Shown: positions 53,108 through 63,394 of the stretch, one piece after another
Position numbering within the stretch: position 1 is the first letter of the stretch
How the letters are laid out: every line of letters starts with the position of its first letter
DNA from: Camelus dromedarius
Taxonomy: Eukaryota
Reading direction: 5' to 3'
DNA: 64,000 nt
NCBI RefSeq assembly: GCF_036321535.1
Contig: NC_087447.1
Location: forward strand, 51,214,001 to 51,278,000
The notes under the pieces: model-generated
What the model saw: the letters and a program-made list of their open reading frames with translations, nothing else
The model's database searches: none
What the model was told of the DNA's origin: nothing
Translations under genes and position numbers: made by a program

Positions 53108-55408
53108 TCTAACCCAAAGCAGTAGGTAACCGCTAACTCATGGCTCTTGACTTGCTTCTTCATTCACACACTCATTTCAAACATTTATTCAGTGCCAGGG
53201 ACTTTGCTAGGCACTAAAACTAAACAGATCCTGCCCTCAAGAAATGAACAAGTTAATGGAAAAGACAGGTACAAACTCAAATATTTGCAACAGAGTGCTA
53301 TAGACACCTATAAGAGTGGTCTGTATGTGAGCCAGAGGATGGCAAAGCACAACTCCTTCTACGGAGGTAACAGGCAGAGAAGAGACTAAGGGACTGACTC
53401 CCAGAGATACAACAAGCACTTATCCACACGAAGGTAGTGGGTGACATTCCAGGCAGAAAAACAGCACATGCAAAAGTACAGATGAGAAAAGGGTGGCAGG
53501 GGAGTTACAGAAAGCAAGGCTGTAAAGGCAGGCAGCACTCTAATCTCTGAGAGCTTCTTTTTTGTGTGAAAGAGTTTAAAATTTTATCTTTGGGCAATAC
53601 TAGTTGGGGGTGGGAAGAAATTATTAGGTATTGTTTTACACAGATCTCTCTGGATATACATTGCCCTCTTTTTAGAAAGCACTCCTTCCTCTAAACCTAG
53701 CACAGGGCCTTGTAACATACTCTTATTAAATATACATTGAATTGAACTGAACTAAACAAACTTTTTGTCAAGTGCTATCTTATGGATGAAAGGCAGGTCA
53801 CCACCTCCCCTGCAGGAGTCACTTTGGCCAGCACAAGACTTGTAAAACAGGTCCAGCAGCCTCAATTATTGCAAACTACTCCCTGTACAACTGGAGTCCC
53901 CCCAGAGACTAGGGCAGGACTTCATTGTTTACCTGTCTACCTCACCCACTAGACTTTGAGCTCTTTGAAGACAGGGAATGTCTTAATAGACTGTGAATCC
54001 CCAGAGCGTTAGCTGGAGACCTGAAACATGATAGCTCTCCAGAGCCAGTTAAATGAATGACTGAATAAGCAAATTAACCAGATAGACCCATGTGCTCCCA
54101 TAAGTAAGAAAATGGATAAGCTTCAGGAAATGTTTCAGGGTCCGTGATTCAAAAACCCTTTTTGAGAAGGAGAGTTTCTAGTTGAGGTGAGGTGGATTTC
54201 AATATGCACTTGATTTAGGATTTCCCAAATAGGAAAAAAATTGTTGTAAGTGCTGTGGTAGAAATGCTACCAAGCCTCTGACAGACTCAATGAGAAAGTT
54301 TTGCCTGAGAGGAGTATGGGGGAAGATACCAGCAAAGACTTCACAGTGTGGGGGATTCTTCAGTGGAGTCTTGAAAGCCAAGTAGGTGGTGGATACCTGC
54401 TTGCCTCTAGGGCATAAACTCCTGGAACCTTAAGACCTGCTCAAGGTCACACAGGAAGTAGGTGAAGTCACAAGGTAAGACCAATGAGGCATCTGTGTAC
54501 TACTGACTCCTGTTTTCTCCTGACAAAGTTGAGAGTGAGCCCAAAGACATAGTGGGCAAAGTTAAAGATTTTTTCTCAGGTACAATTCTTAAAATAATGC
54601 CTAGACTAGTGAATTTGAATTTTTATTGGTAACTAACTAAGTACTAACCTTTCCCTTCACCTTTCATAGTTCAGGGGGAAAAGTGTAAGATAGTTTTACC
54701 ATACAGCAAGCACTTTGCTCCCAACACCCACAAACACCTCAAACTTTTCAAGTATTCTCGCAAAACACTCCCAGCAATGTTTATTGTGAAAATATTCAAG
54801 ACAGTAAAGGCTATAATAATGTCCTTTGAAATGGAATAATGCACATAAAATAACTGTAATTCTCCTTTCCCTGTTTGTTTCCTAACTTCACAAGTTAGAG
54901 TATTCCCGGGGTGGGGGAGGGGCAGCAGAAGTCAAGCACTATCCAGTCGTATTTTGGAAAGAGTTGACTCCTATAGGTGATCCCCCTCCCGGCCTGGACA
55001 ACTGTGATTTTTTTTTCCTGTACACAGTGAATCCGACGCCGCCCTGCTAGGGTTCCTCGTCGCGGGCCAAGGCTGGGCCCAGAGGACCGCAAAGTTCGGG
55101 AGGGAGTCGCTCCCGGACGGGACCTGTCGGGTCTCCCGGCCGCTCCCCTCCCGCCCTTCCCCGGGACCCCGGCGTCTGAGACCGGCGGCCGCGCCGGTGA
55201 GCGCACAGGGGGCCTTTGTTGGTCCGAGAGAAGCGGCCAGCCTGGCGGGGCGACGCCCCCGCCTCACCTCACCTGGCGCCGCCGTCCGCCCGGCCCCGCC
55301 GCGGGGAATGAATGGGCCCCGGCCCCCAACCCCGCGCCCCCCCGACCCCGGCACCCCAGCCCCGCACCCTGCGACGCCAAGAATACCGGGCGGGAGGCTG
55401 GCTCTCAC

Positions 55409-55990
55409 CTTCCGCGCTCGCTCTGCTCGACTCGGCTCCTCCTCCTCCTCCACCCCGGTGGCGGCGGCCCAGCCGGGGAGCGAGCGCGCGAGTGTGCGCG
55501 AGGGGCCGCTTCACTTTCTCCCTCCAGCAGCAGCAGCCGCCGCCGCCGCGCGCTCGGCGCCTCCCCCACCCGCTCGTGCCGGGGAGTCCACTCAAGACAG
55601 GGCGTGGGTGGGAGGATCAGCGACGGTCAGGGGGACCCAACCGAGCTAGGCTACGCCGCTGAGGGGCTGCGTGCTCGGGGAGTGGGGTTCGAAGATGTGA
55701 TGGGGCTCGGGTGGCCTTTGGGCGAGGAGGTAGGGAGACAGAGTAGGAGCTCCTGAGTGCGCGGGGCTCCGCGAAAGAAGGGCCAAGGGTCAGAGGGAAA
55801 GCGTCTGTGGAGTAAGACAGCAGAGCCTGTGAGGGAGGCGGCGGGAGGCGCCGGGAGGCGCGACGGACGAGTCGTGGAGGAGGGGTGTGTGGGGGAAGCC
55901 GTGAGGGGGCGTCTACAGTACTGCCCACACCTTGGACTCCAGCTGCGGTTACGGCTGGGCCACCTCCCGCGCCTCAGCCCAGCTATTGTA
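55409..55990 (-). other. PAK1: Non-coding first exon (5'UTR) of PAK1; 3' end exact, 5' end (TSS) approximate
   Basis: The minus strand reads ...CCACAGACGC...GGAGCCCCGCGC...GGAGGGAGAAAGTGAAG...GAGGAGGAGCCGAGTCGAGCAGAGCGAGCGCGGAAG|GTGAGA. This matches my recollection of human PAK1 exon 1, which ends ...GCGCGGAAG. It has a canonical donor at 55408, lies in a CpG island, and has no sense-strand ATG in this interval. Gene identity is from recall, not a database search. Confidence 0.8.
55525..55548 (+). repeat. (CAG)4(CCG)4 in exon 1, read as (CGG)4(CTG)4 in the mRNA
   Basis: Read directly from the sequence. Confidence 0.9.
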
Positions 55991-56124
55991 AGCCTCCGGG
56001 CCTGCCGACCGCCTCTCTCACCGGCCCCCGCCCCCTCCCCCGCGAGGCGGAGGCGCCGGCGGAGCCCGGCCGGGCCCGCCCCGCCTCCCGCAGGTGGGAG
56101 GGGGCGGGGAGGGCTGGACGGACC

Positions 56125-56130
56125 CACGTG
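56125..56130. promoter_or_regulatory. E-box CACGTG (USF/MYC/bHLH-ZIP type)
   Basis: CCCACGTGAG between the GC boxes and the CRE. Confidence 0.55.
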
Positions 56131-56170
56131 AGCGAGGCCAACCCAGGAGTGGGGGAGGGCGAGCTCCTAG

Positions 56171-56182
56171 GATGACGTCATC
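56171..56182. promoter_or_regulatory. Full CRE (CREB/ATF) palindrome GATGACGTCATC
   Basis: TGACGTCA at 56173-56180 within a 12-bp perfect palindrome, just upstream of exon 1. Confidence 0.8.
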
Positions 56183-57903
56183 GGCGCGTGACGCCAGCGG
56201 CAGGGGAATCACTCGGCTGCCGCGTGATGTCATTGTGCCCGAGTCTCTTTTCGAGTCTTTTTTCCAGACCCGCGCTCCCTGCTGCTGCAGGGTGCTTTGA
56301 CCCAGCCTTTCTCCAGGAAGGTTTTGGAACGGTTTCAGGGGGCGTCAGTAGTGTAGTCAGGGTCGAAAAAGACGGCTGACCCCCTAGTCTTGGGGTCCTC
56401 TTCAGGTTACAGAGTACCACCGCATCCGCTAGCTCCTTGCCAAGCGTTGAATTTGGAAACTACCCCATCTCCAGTCACCTCAGAGCCAGACATTTATTAT
56501 ACGGGTTTTTTTTTTTTTATGGTGGGGGGGCAAAGAAATGATAATGGAAGTTTCAACTATTGTGAACTGACCGAAAGGGGGGCTTCCTTTCCCGATTTTC
56601 TCTACCACGGAGGCTACATTCAACGCAAACCTTTTTCCTGAGCTCATACTGTTTTCCAGTGTCTCCAACGTGTTTCCCAATGGAATGCTTGCATACTCCA
56701 CCGGTACCTCAAATTCCACATGCCCAAAACTGAAACAACACGAGAGACTAAGGGTTTGGAATCAGATTACTTTGCGTCAAATCCCAGCTGTACAAATGTT
56801 AGTGATAGGTCCGTAACATTTCTAAGCCACAATTTCTCCCTAAGTAGTACCTGTATACCCTTAACTTGATCTCTCTAACATAAGGATAGTAAGTACAATT
56901 TAGCATGTATTATGCCCTTTGGAATGTTGGTTATTCCTATTACCATTTTACCCCAAACTTGCGTCTCTTGTTACTTCCTGGTCTTTGAATGGACCACCAT
57001 CAAGCAGTCCACTAAGCCAGAAACGTGACTATAGCCCCCATTCTTCCTCTCACCACACTTAGCTAATGGGTCACCAGTTCAAGCCCTTGCCCTTCTCTTC
57101 ACTCACTACCATCAACTAGACAACTGGAGCAGCTTTCAGCCTCTCCAGGTTCAACCCATTCATTCTTCCTGGTAACCAGAGTTGCCTTTTAAAACTACAA
57201 ATCTGATGCCTTCCCCTGATTAAATACTCTGAAACACTACTGTTGCTTTAAGGATGAAATCCAAATTTTTTAACTTGACCCTGTACAACCTTGGTGACTT
57301 TCTAACTTCGTCTCACATGGTATATCTTTTGTTCCAGCCACACTGAAATGCTACTTAATGTTCTTTGAACACATGTTTCTTCATGTCTCTGAGCCCTTCT
57401 CTCTTTATCTCACTGGCCAACATCTATTCATTCTACAAAGCCCAACGCAAACGTCCTGTTCATTTGTTCATTCAACTAATACTTTTTAAATTTCCATGTG
57501 CCTTCACAATGCTGTAATCTTACATTACTTCCATGCCTTTTATGGCATGTAGCACATAGTGTAGCAACTGTATTTGTGTGTTTGATGCCCTGAGCTCCTT
57601 GAGAGCAAGTCATATTCCTACCCATGCTATCCGTATCCCCGGCATCTAGAATAGTGCCTGACACACAGTAAGAATCGGTGTTATAAAAATGTATTTAATA
57701 AATGCTCGTGTAATGCTTATCATGTGCCAGATACTGTTCTAAGCACTATCTCTTCTAAGTATCTAACAACCCTTTGAGATAGACTCCTGTTCCCCCTCCC
57801 ATTTTATTGGTAAGGAAACGGAGGTGCAGAGGGGTTAAGTAACTTAACCCAAGATCATAACCCAGTAAATTAATTCTAATCTAAACTGTTATTGCATGGT
57901 CTC

Positions 57904-58362
57904 GGTAGTGGGTAGAATAATGGCTCCCTAAAAATGTTCACATCCTAATCCTCAGAACCAATGAATATGTTACTTTCCATGACAAAAGGAACTTTGCAGG
58001 TGTAATTAAATTAAAGATCTTGAGATAGGTAGGTTATTCTGGATTATACAGGTGGATTCAGTGTAATTACATGGATCCTTAAACAGAAAAGGAAGCAGAA
58101 GAGTGAGGAAGAGGTAAATTAGATTACAGATGTCAGGTGTGATTAATGTGAAAAGCACTCCACCCACCTTTTGAAGACAGAGGAAGAGAGCTACCAGCTA
58201 AGGAATAAAAACAACTCCAAAAGCTGGAAAAGGCAAGAAAACAGATTGTTCCTTGGAGTCTCCAGAAAGGAACAGAGCCATTCTGACACCTTAAATGTGT
58301 GTTGTATCAAGCCACTACATTTACATCTGTGATAGTGACAGCAGCAATAGGAAACTAATACA
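57904..58362 (+). mobile_element. MaLR solo LTR (MLT1D-like) with 5-bp TSD
   Basis: AGAATAATGGCTCCC...GCAGCAATAGGAAACTAATACA, with GTCTC at 57899-57903 and 58363-58367. Confidence 0.88.
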
Positions 58363-58952
58363 GTCTCAAATCAAGGATGACTGCTCTATGCTAACAAGTA
58401 GGAGGAGTTACTTGCTAGAGGTGCAAGGTTCATAGTTGCATCCACCCAAATGTCTCCATCCCAGGCCTCAGGGTCCCACTCCCTACCTGCAGGAACCCTG
58501 GCTTTAGCATGAGAGAATAGTCAAGGGATCTCTGACACCCCAACTATTACATTCTGGGCCTGATTTTCAGTATATTCTGTCCTCCAGTGCAGGAAAAGAG
58601 GGTTTTAAAAAAGTCTTCCATGGAGGTCTTCTGCATCTCATACATGTCCTAAATTGATATGTGGATGACCTGAGCCTGAAATTTTTTGTCTTCAGGGCTT
58701 TTAAGATAGTTAACAAAATCCAGCCAATTCCATGAATTCTAATTAACATTACCCTCATGCCAGTATATTCAAGTGCTAGAGCATGCATTCTCATTGAGGA
58801 CGATATCCTCTTCCCATTCCCCCAAGAAAGTGAAAATTTGTTCTTAGGTGGGCAGAAAACATCTTAGATTTTACAGTGGTTTGTGGCCTCCAAAGCTCAA
58901 CCCTGTTTGACAAAATCTTATTCCTTAGTGTTTCATTTCTCTGGCTAGGGAC

Positions 58953-59430
58953 AATTTATTGACTTATAATTTGTATATAACATTGTATTCATTTTGGGTG
59001 TACAACAAAATGATTTGATACATATATATACTGCAAAGTGACTGCCACCATAAGTTCAGTTAACATCCATCTGTATAGTTACAATTTTTGTCTCTTGTGA
59101 TGAGAATTTTTTAAGTATTTTATTTATTTTTATTTATTATTGCATTATTTCATTATTTTTTGGCCAGAGAGGAGGTAACTAGATTTATTTGTTTTCAGTG
59201 GAGGTACTGGGGATTGAATGCAGGACCTCATGCATGCTAAGCATGTGCCCTATCCACTTGAGCTATACCTTCCCCCCGATGAGAACTTTTAAGTCTACTC
59301 TCTTAGCAACTTTCAAATATACAAAAACAATATAGTCACTATGCTGTATATTATATCCCCAGGATTTATTTGTCTTATAACTTGTACCTTTGGACCACCT
59401 TCACCTCTTTTGCCCACCTCCCCACCCAAG
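58953..59430 (-). mobile_element. LINE-1 3'-terminal fragment, interrupted by a SINE
   Basis: TTTATTGA...GGTGTACAAC...CTACTCTCTTAGCAACTTTCAAATATACAA is a typical reverse-strand L1 3' end, similar to 63400-63650. Confidence 0.75.
59116..59277 (-). mobile_element. tRNA-Ala-derived camelid SINE (Vic-1-like) with TSD
   Basis: Same head and tail as the other copies, with TSD GATGAGAATTTTTTAAG (59099-59115) versus GATGAGAACTTTTAAG (59278-59293). Confidence 0.88.
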
Positions 59431-59599
59431 ATACATTAAATTAATTTTTCTCTTAGAGGGGGCAGTATTTTTTTAAATAGTTAAGAATCCCTGTGCTAGA
59501 GCTACTACACAATCTGATGTACCCCTTATTCTTGTACTTCCAGTCTTCCACACGTGAAGACCTTAGCTGTTGTGACAGCACAGCATATCAGGGGCTATC

Positions 59600-60175
59600 A
59601 CTGTTCAACTTACCACCAATAGAGTCCTTGTCGCCATTGTTCAGTGAGTGATTTGGTTCCAGAATCCCATCCTGAGGGTGTACACCTAGGGTCACTCCTG
59701 GTACCAAACACCAAGTTTAGGTTTCCCACAAAGCAGAGCCTGAGATAAATACTTGGGTTCAGGTAGTTTATTTGGGAGGTGATCCTAGGAAACAGAAACG
59801 AGACAAGGGAAAGGTGTTCTGTTCTGGGAGGCATTCTGTTATTGAGCGTCTCACTTCTGCCAGAACCTCAGAGAAACATACAGAATGCCTCCCAGAACAG
59901 AACACCTGAAAGATGAGAGCTTTTATCCACTGGTTTGCATCCTTCACTGGATGACAGTTGTCCCCAGGGCTGTTGATTCCCATGGACCTAGTGGCTTTGC
60001 TTGCAGGTCTACAGATGTCAGAGGAGGTCCTGAGGCAGAATAAGGAAAGATGTGAAGTGTATACTGGAGGTGACACACTAGCACCAAGAGGAGAGTTGGA
60101 ACTGTTTACTGCAACTTCATCTGAAATCAGAAGTGGGCTAAAGGAATGTGACAAGTACCAAAGCTATCTGCCACA
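59600..60175 (-). mobile_element. ERVL (LTR16-like) LTR plus primer-binding site and start of internal region
   Basis: LTR-like GCAGAGCCTGAGA...GGTAGTTTATTTGGGAGGTGATCC, with minus-strand TGGTACCAGGAGTGAC (59691-59706) adjacent to the LTR 3' end. Confidence 0.6.
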
Positions 60176-60189
60176 GACTAAGCAGATTT

Positions 60190-61075
60190 CTTTTATAGTT
60201 TCACATTATAAAACCAACTTTAGCAGATAATGCCAAACCAATGTTCCAAAATAATTGAACCAATTCACACTCCCACCAGCAATGTACTAGAGTTCCAGTT
60301 GTTCCACATCACCACTGATACTTGCTATTATCGGCCTTTATTATTTTAATCATTCAGGTGGGTATGTTGGATTATCTCCTTATTATGTTAATCTGCATTC
60401 CTTTGACTACTAATGAGGTTGAAAACCTGTTCAGAAGTTTGTTGGTCATTTGGATATCCTCTTTTGTAAAGTGTCTGTTCAGAACTTTTGCTCAAGTTTT
60501 TAAGATCAACTTTATTGAGATAAATTACATGGAGTAAAAATACACCTATTTTAAGTATTTATTTTAGCTTGATGAGTTATGACAAACGTATATCCCTTGT
60601 AACCACTACTACACCCCTTCTGACCCAGCAAGTTCCCTTGTGCCCTTTTACTCTCAATCCTCTACCTACACCCACCCCCCCCAAAATCAATGACCTGCTT
60701 ACTGTCACTATAAATTAATTTTGCCTGTTCTAGAATTTCATGTAAATGGAACCGTATGTACTTCTTTGTGCCTGTTTTCTCTCATGCAGCATAATGTTTT
60801 TGAGATCATCCATGTTGTTCATGTGTCAGTCAGTACTTCTTTTTAATTGCTGAGTAGTATTCCATTGTATGTACATACTACCATTAGTTTATCCATTTAA
60901 CTGTTGATAGACATTTCAAGTTTTTAGCTATTGTGAATATAGCTACTATGATCATTCATGCACAAGTCTTTGTGTGGATATATTTTTTCATTTCTCTTGG
61001 GTGTGAAATGGACAGGTTGTACGGTAAATGCATATTTAACTCTGTAAGAATTGCTAAACCATCTTCCAAAATGGA
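60190..61075 (-). mobile_element. Old LINE-1 fragments (at least two pieces)
   Basis: CACTCCCACCAGCAATGT...GAGTTCCAGTTGTTCCACATC and GCTGAGTAGTATTCCATTGTATG...GACATTT are reverse-strand L1 motifs. Confidence 0.75.
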
Positions 61076-61633
61076 ATGAAAGTTTGGGAAGGCAGAAGTG
61101 AGGCAGAGATCATCTTCCTGCTACTTTGGCTACTGCTTTGCTGGGGAGAACAGTTATGGAGACTTTGGGTTTTTCTGTAACAGTATCTTGGTGGCCAGTC
61201 ACTAACTTTGTGAGTGTCTAAAGGTATTTGTCAGAGCAGCAGCAGCAGCAGCCGCCGCCGCCGCAGCAGCAGCAGCAGAAGCAGCCCCAGCAGCAGCAGC
61301 AGCAGCAGCCCCAGCAGCAGCAGCCCCAGCCCCAGCAGCAGCAGCAGCAGCCGCAGCAGCAGCAGCAGCAGCCTGACCCTTCAGTTGCAGCTATGTTGTG
61401 TATTCCTAAACATCAGTATTTCCATTGGTAGGCTTTATACAAGAGGTGGCAGTTCCACTGGCAAGTCAGTTTGGCAGTGTTGTTCTGAGAGTTATTCCTG
61501 GAGGTCCAGCCTACAACTCACTCCTCCTAAATTTGCAACAATCTTGTAAGTACCTCATTCCTCTTTAAATCTTTTTCCATTTACAATAGCTAAAGTGATT
61601 TCTGTTTCCTGCACCTGAAGCTTAACTGATATA
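61075..61633 (+). mobile_element. Old ERVL LTR (LTR33-like) 3' part hosting a CAG repeat
   Basis: TTTGGGAAGGCAGAAGTGAGG...GTTATTCCTGGAGGTCCAGCCT...TTTCTGTTTCCTGCAC...AACTGATA, similar in layout to 40140-40530. Confidence 0.6.
61237..61371 (+). repeat. Interrupted (CAG)n/(CCG/CCC) trinucleotide repeat, 45 triplets
   Basis: 35 CAG, 9 CCG/CCC and 1 AAG triplets; the longest pure CAG run is 7. Confidence 0.97.
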
Positions 61634-62269
61634 TTAGTCTTTGCTTGGGCTAGTTTAGAAGTTTAGAAGGCTTCCTGTTCATTGCAGCCAAGTGATCTCG
61701 GTCTAAGATACCAATGGGGGCATTAAGAGTTGATGATAGTTGACAAGGGGTGGGAAACTAAGGAGTCCAGAGATACAGGGCGAGGGCTAATTCATTCAAC
61801 CAACACATTTCACTCATCGTTTACTCTATGTCAGGGCCTGGAAATAGAGATGGATCAAGAACACCCCTGCCCTCAAAGAGCTCAAAAGCTAGTTGGGGAA
61901 ACAAACACATATATGAATAAATCATAGTACAATATGTTATGAACTGTAAAGGAATTAGTTAAATTCAGTGAGACCCCAGAGAAGACAGCAATAATTCTAC
62001 CTACCCGGGGGTATTAAGAAATGGCATTTGAGCTGGATCTTACAGGATAAGTGAGTTTAAAAAGAAGGAAGAGAAAAAAGACCTACCACTCACAAGCCTT
62101 GTTGAACCCAGCCCAGAGTGAGTCAGTCACTTTGAATTCATCGTTCCATATAACCCTCTTTTTTATAAATAAGGAAGCTGTGACTCAAAGAGGTTAATAA
62201 TGTGACAATGTCACACAATTTCATACAATAGGAAACAATCCACAGGATCCACTGTAGACAGTGTAAGCA

Positions 62270-62678
62270 TAAAAATATTTATTTCAGGGTATGAAATCAC
62301 ATGAAGGATCACTGGGAATTCTAAAGATAAAAACTTCAGGCTGAGCTTTCAGGAGTGACCCCTAAGTCCTACTGGTGGGAGCCACCAAGGGAACTGCAGC
62401 CCTCCCACAATTAGGAAGCCTCTCTCAAGGCTGCTGACTCCAGAACCCTGCCATCTTCTGCAGTTCTTACCAGCACAAATGGTTACATTCTGCACTGCCC
62501 CTCGCCCCACTAACTCAGTTCCAAACTCAGGTCTTGCAAGAGTATATCTGACTTGTGGACCCTCACTGGAAACAAGTCTGGGAAATGTGATTTGGTTTTC
62601 CAGGCTCCAGTACAGGAAGACATACCAAAAGGCAGTTGCACTGGATGTTAAGTAACACCGTACAACACTTCTGCCACA
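62270..62678 (-). mobile_element. Old ERVL LTR fragment (LTR33/40/41-like)
   Basis: CAGGCTGAGCTTTCAGGA and GTCTGGGAAATGTGATTTGGTTTTCCAGGCTCCAGTACAGGAAG are reverse complements of motifs of this LTR class. Confidence 0.5.
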
Positions 62679-62724
62679 TTCAGTTTGATGGGCTTAAGAA
62701 CATTGATTAAAAAACACTAAAATG

Positions 62725-63380
62725 ATTGATAATGCCAATTGTATGGACACTCTCATACACTAGTGGTGGAAGTCTAAACTGATATACACTTATTGGAAAG
62801 TACTTTGACAGCATCTACTAATATTAAAAGCATATTTCCACTATGACCCAGCAATACCACTTTTACGAGTCTATTCTATCAAGAAAAAAAAATAGCACAA
62901 ATGCATGAAGTTCAACAATGTTTACTGCAGTCCTGTGGCTACACAAATCTGGAAGCAGACTAATGTCCATCCATAGGTGACTAATTAAATAAACAAATGA
63001 TACGCCTATATAGCAGAATACTATGCAGGTGTTAAAAGGAAGTAAGTGGATCTCTATGTACTGTCCTAAAAAGATGTCTTTCATATGTTGTTGAGCACAA
63101 ACAAAACAAAACACAAGTTGCAAGTTTGTATAATATGATCTCATTTTTTGTTTTTTAAAATGGAGGCAAATATGTCAACATAAATATACGAAAATTTGTT
63201 GAGAGTGCTTATTTCTTGGGAACTGGAAGGATGAAGATAGCAGGACTTTTGTAGACTTTATATAATTTTTTAAAGCTGGGGATTATAGGTAAGATTTGCT
63301 TTTCTTGGTTGTGATTTTCAGTATTTTACTTATACATGTATGTGTGTGTATCTGTGTGTTTTGAACTTTTTTTAAAGGAT
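62725..63380 (+). mobile_element. Old LINE-1 (L1ME-like) 3' fragment
   Basis: Diverged ORF2-end motifs (CTCTCATACACTAGTGGTGGAAGT, TATGACCCAGCAATACCACTT, AATGTCCATCCATAGG). Confidence 0.65.
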
Positions 63381-63394
63381 AATCTAATAAATTT

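Larger units (their letters stand above)
1..55408 (-). other. PAK1: Intron 1 of PAK1 (continues beyond the window start; the ATG-containing exon 2 is not in the window)
   Basis: Starts at the GT donor at 55408. It is repeat-rich and CpG-poor, with no recognisable PAK1 coding sequence (no MSNNG start, CRIB or kinase motif in the ORF track). Confidence 0.72.
55030..56380. promoter_or_regulatory. CpG island / main promoter
   Basis: Abrupt switch to very GC-rich, CpG-dense sequence against CpG-depleted flanks, with several GC boxes (e.g. GGGGCGGGG at 56101-56109 and reverse-strand CCCGCCCC near 56026 and 56075). Confidence 0.95.
58782..59493. mobile_element. hAT-Charlie-type MITE with perfect 8-bp TSD, interrupted by L1 and SINE
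   Basis: TSD TGCTAGAG at 58774-58781 and 59494-59501, with degenerate termini CATGCATTCTCA and TAAGAATCCCTG. Confidence 0.75.

Noticed and set aside
54895..56420. Many overlapping 60-160 aa ORFs in the CpG island
   Set aside because: Stop-poor GC-rich sequence gives Pro/Gly/Arg/Ala-rich ORFs in most frames, mostly with non-ATG starts and no recognisable protein.
56100..56800. Divergent plus-strand gene from a bidirectional promoter
   Set aside because: No convincing plus-strand donor or ORF, and the sequence passes into MIR/L2 repeats. A non-coding divergent transcript cannot be excluded from sequence alone.
61214..61549. polyQ/P and polyS ORFs as a real protein (huntingtin/ataxin-like)
   Set aside because: Both are readings of the CAG repeat, start at non-ATG codons, lie within an LTR fossil and have no recognisable flanking domain.
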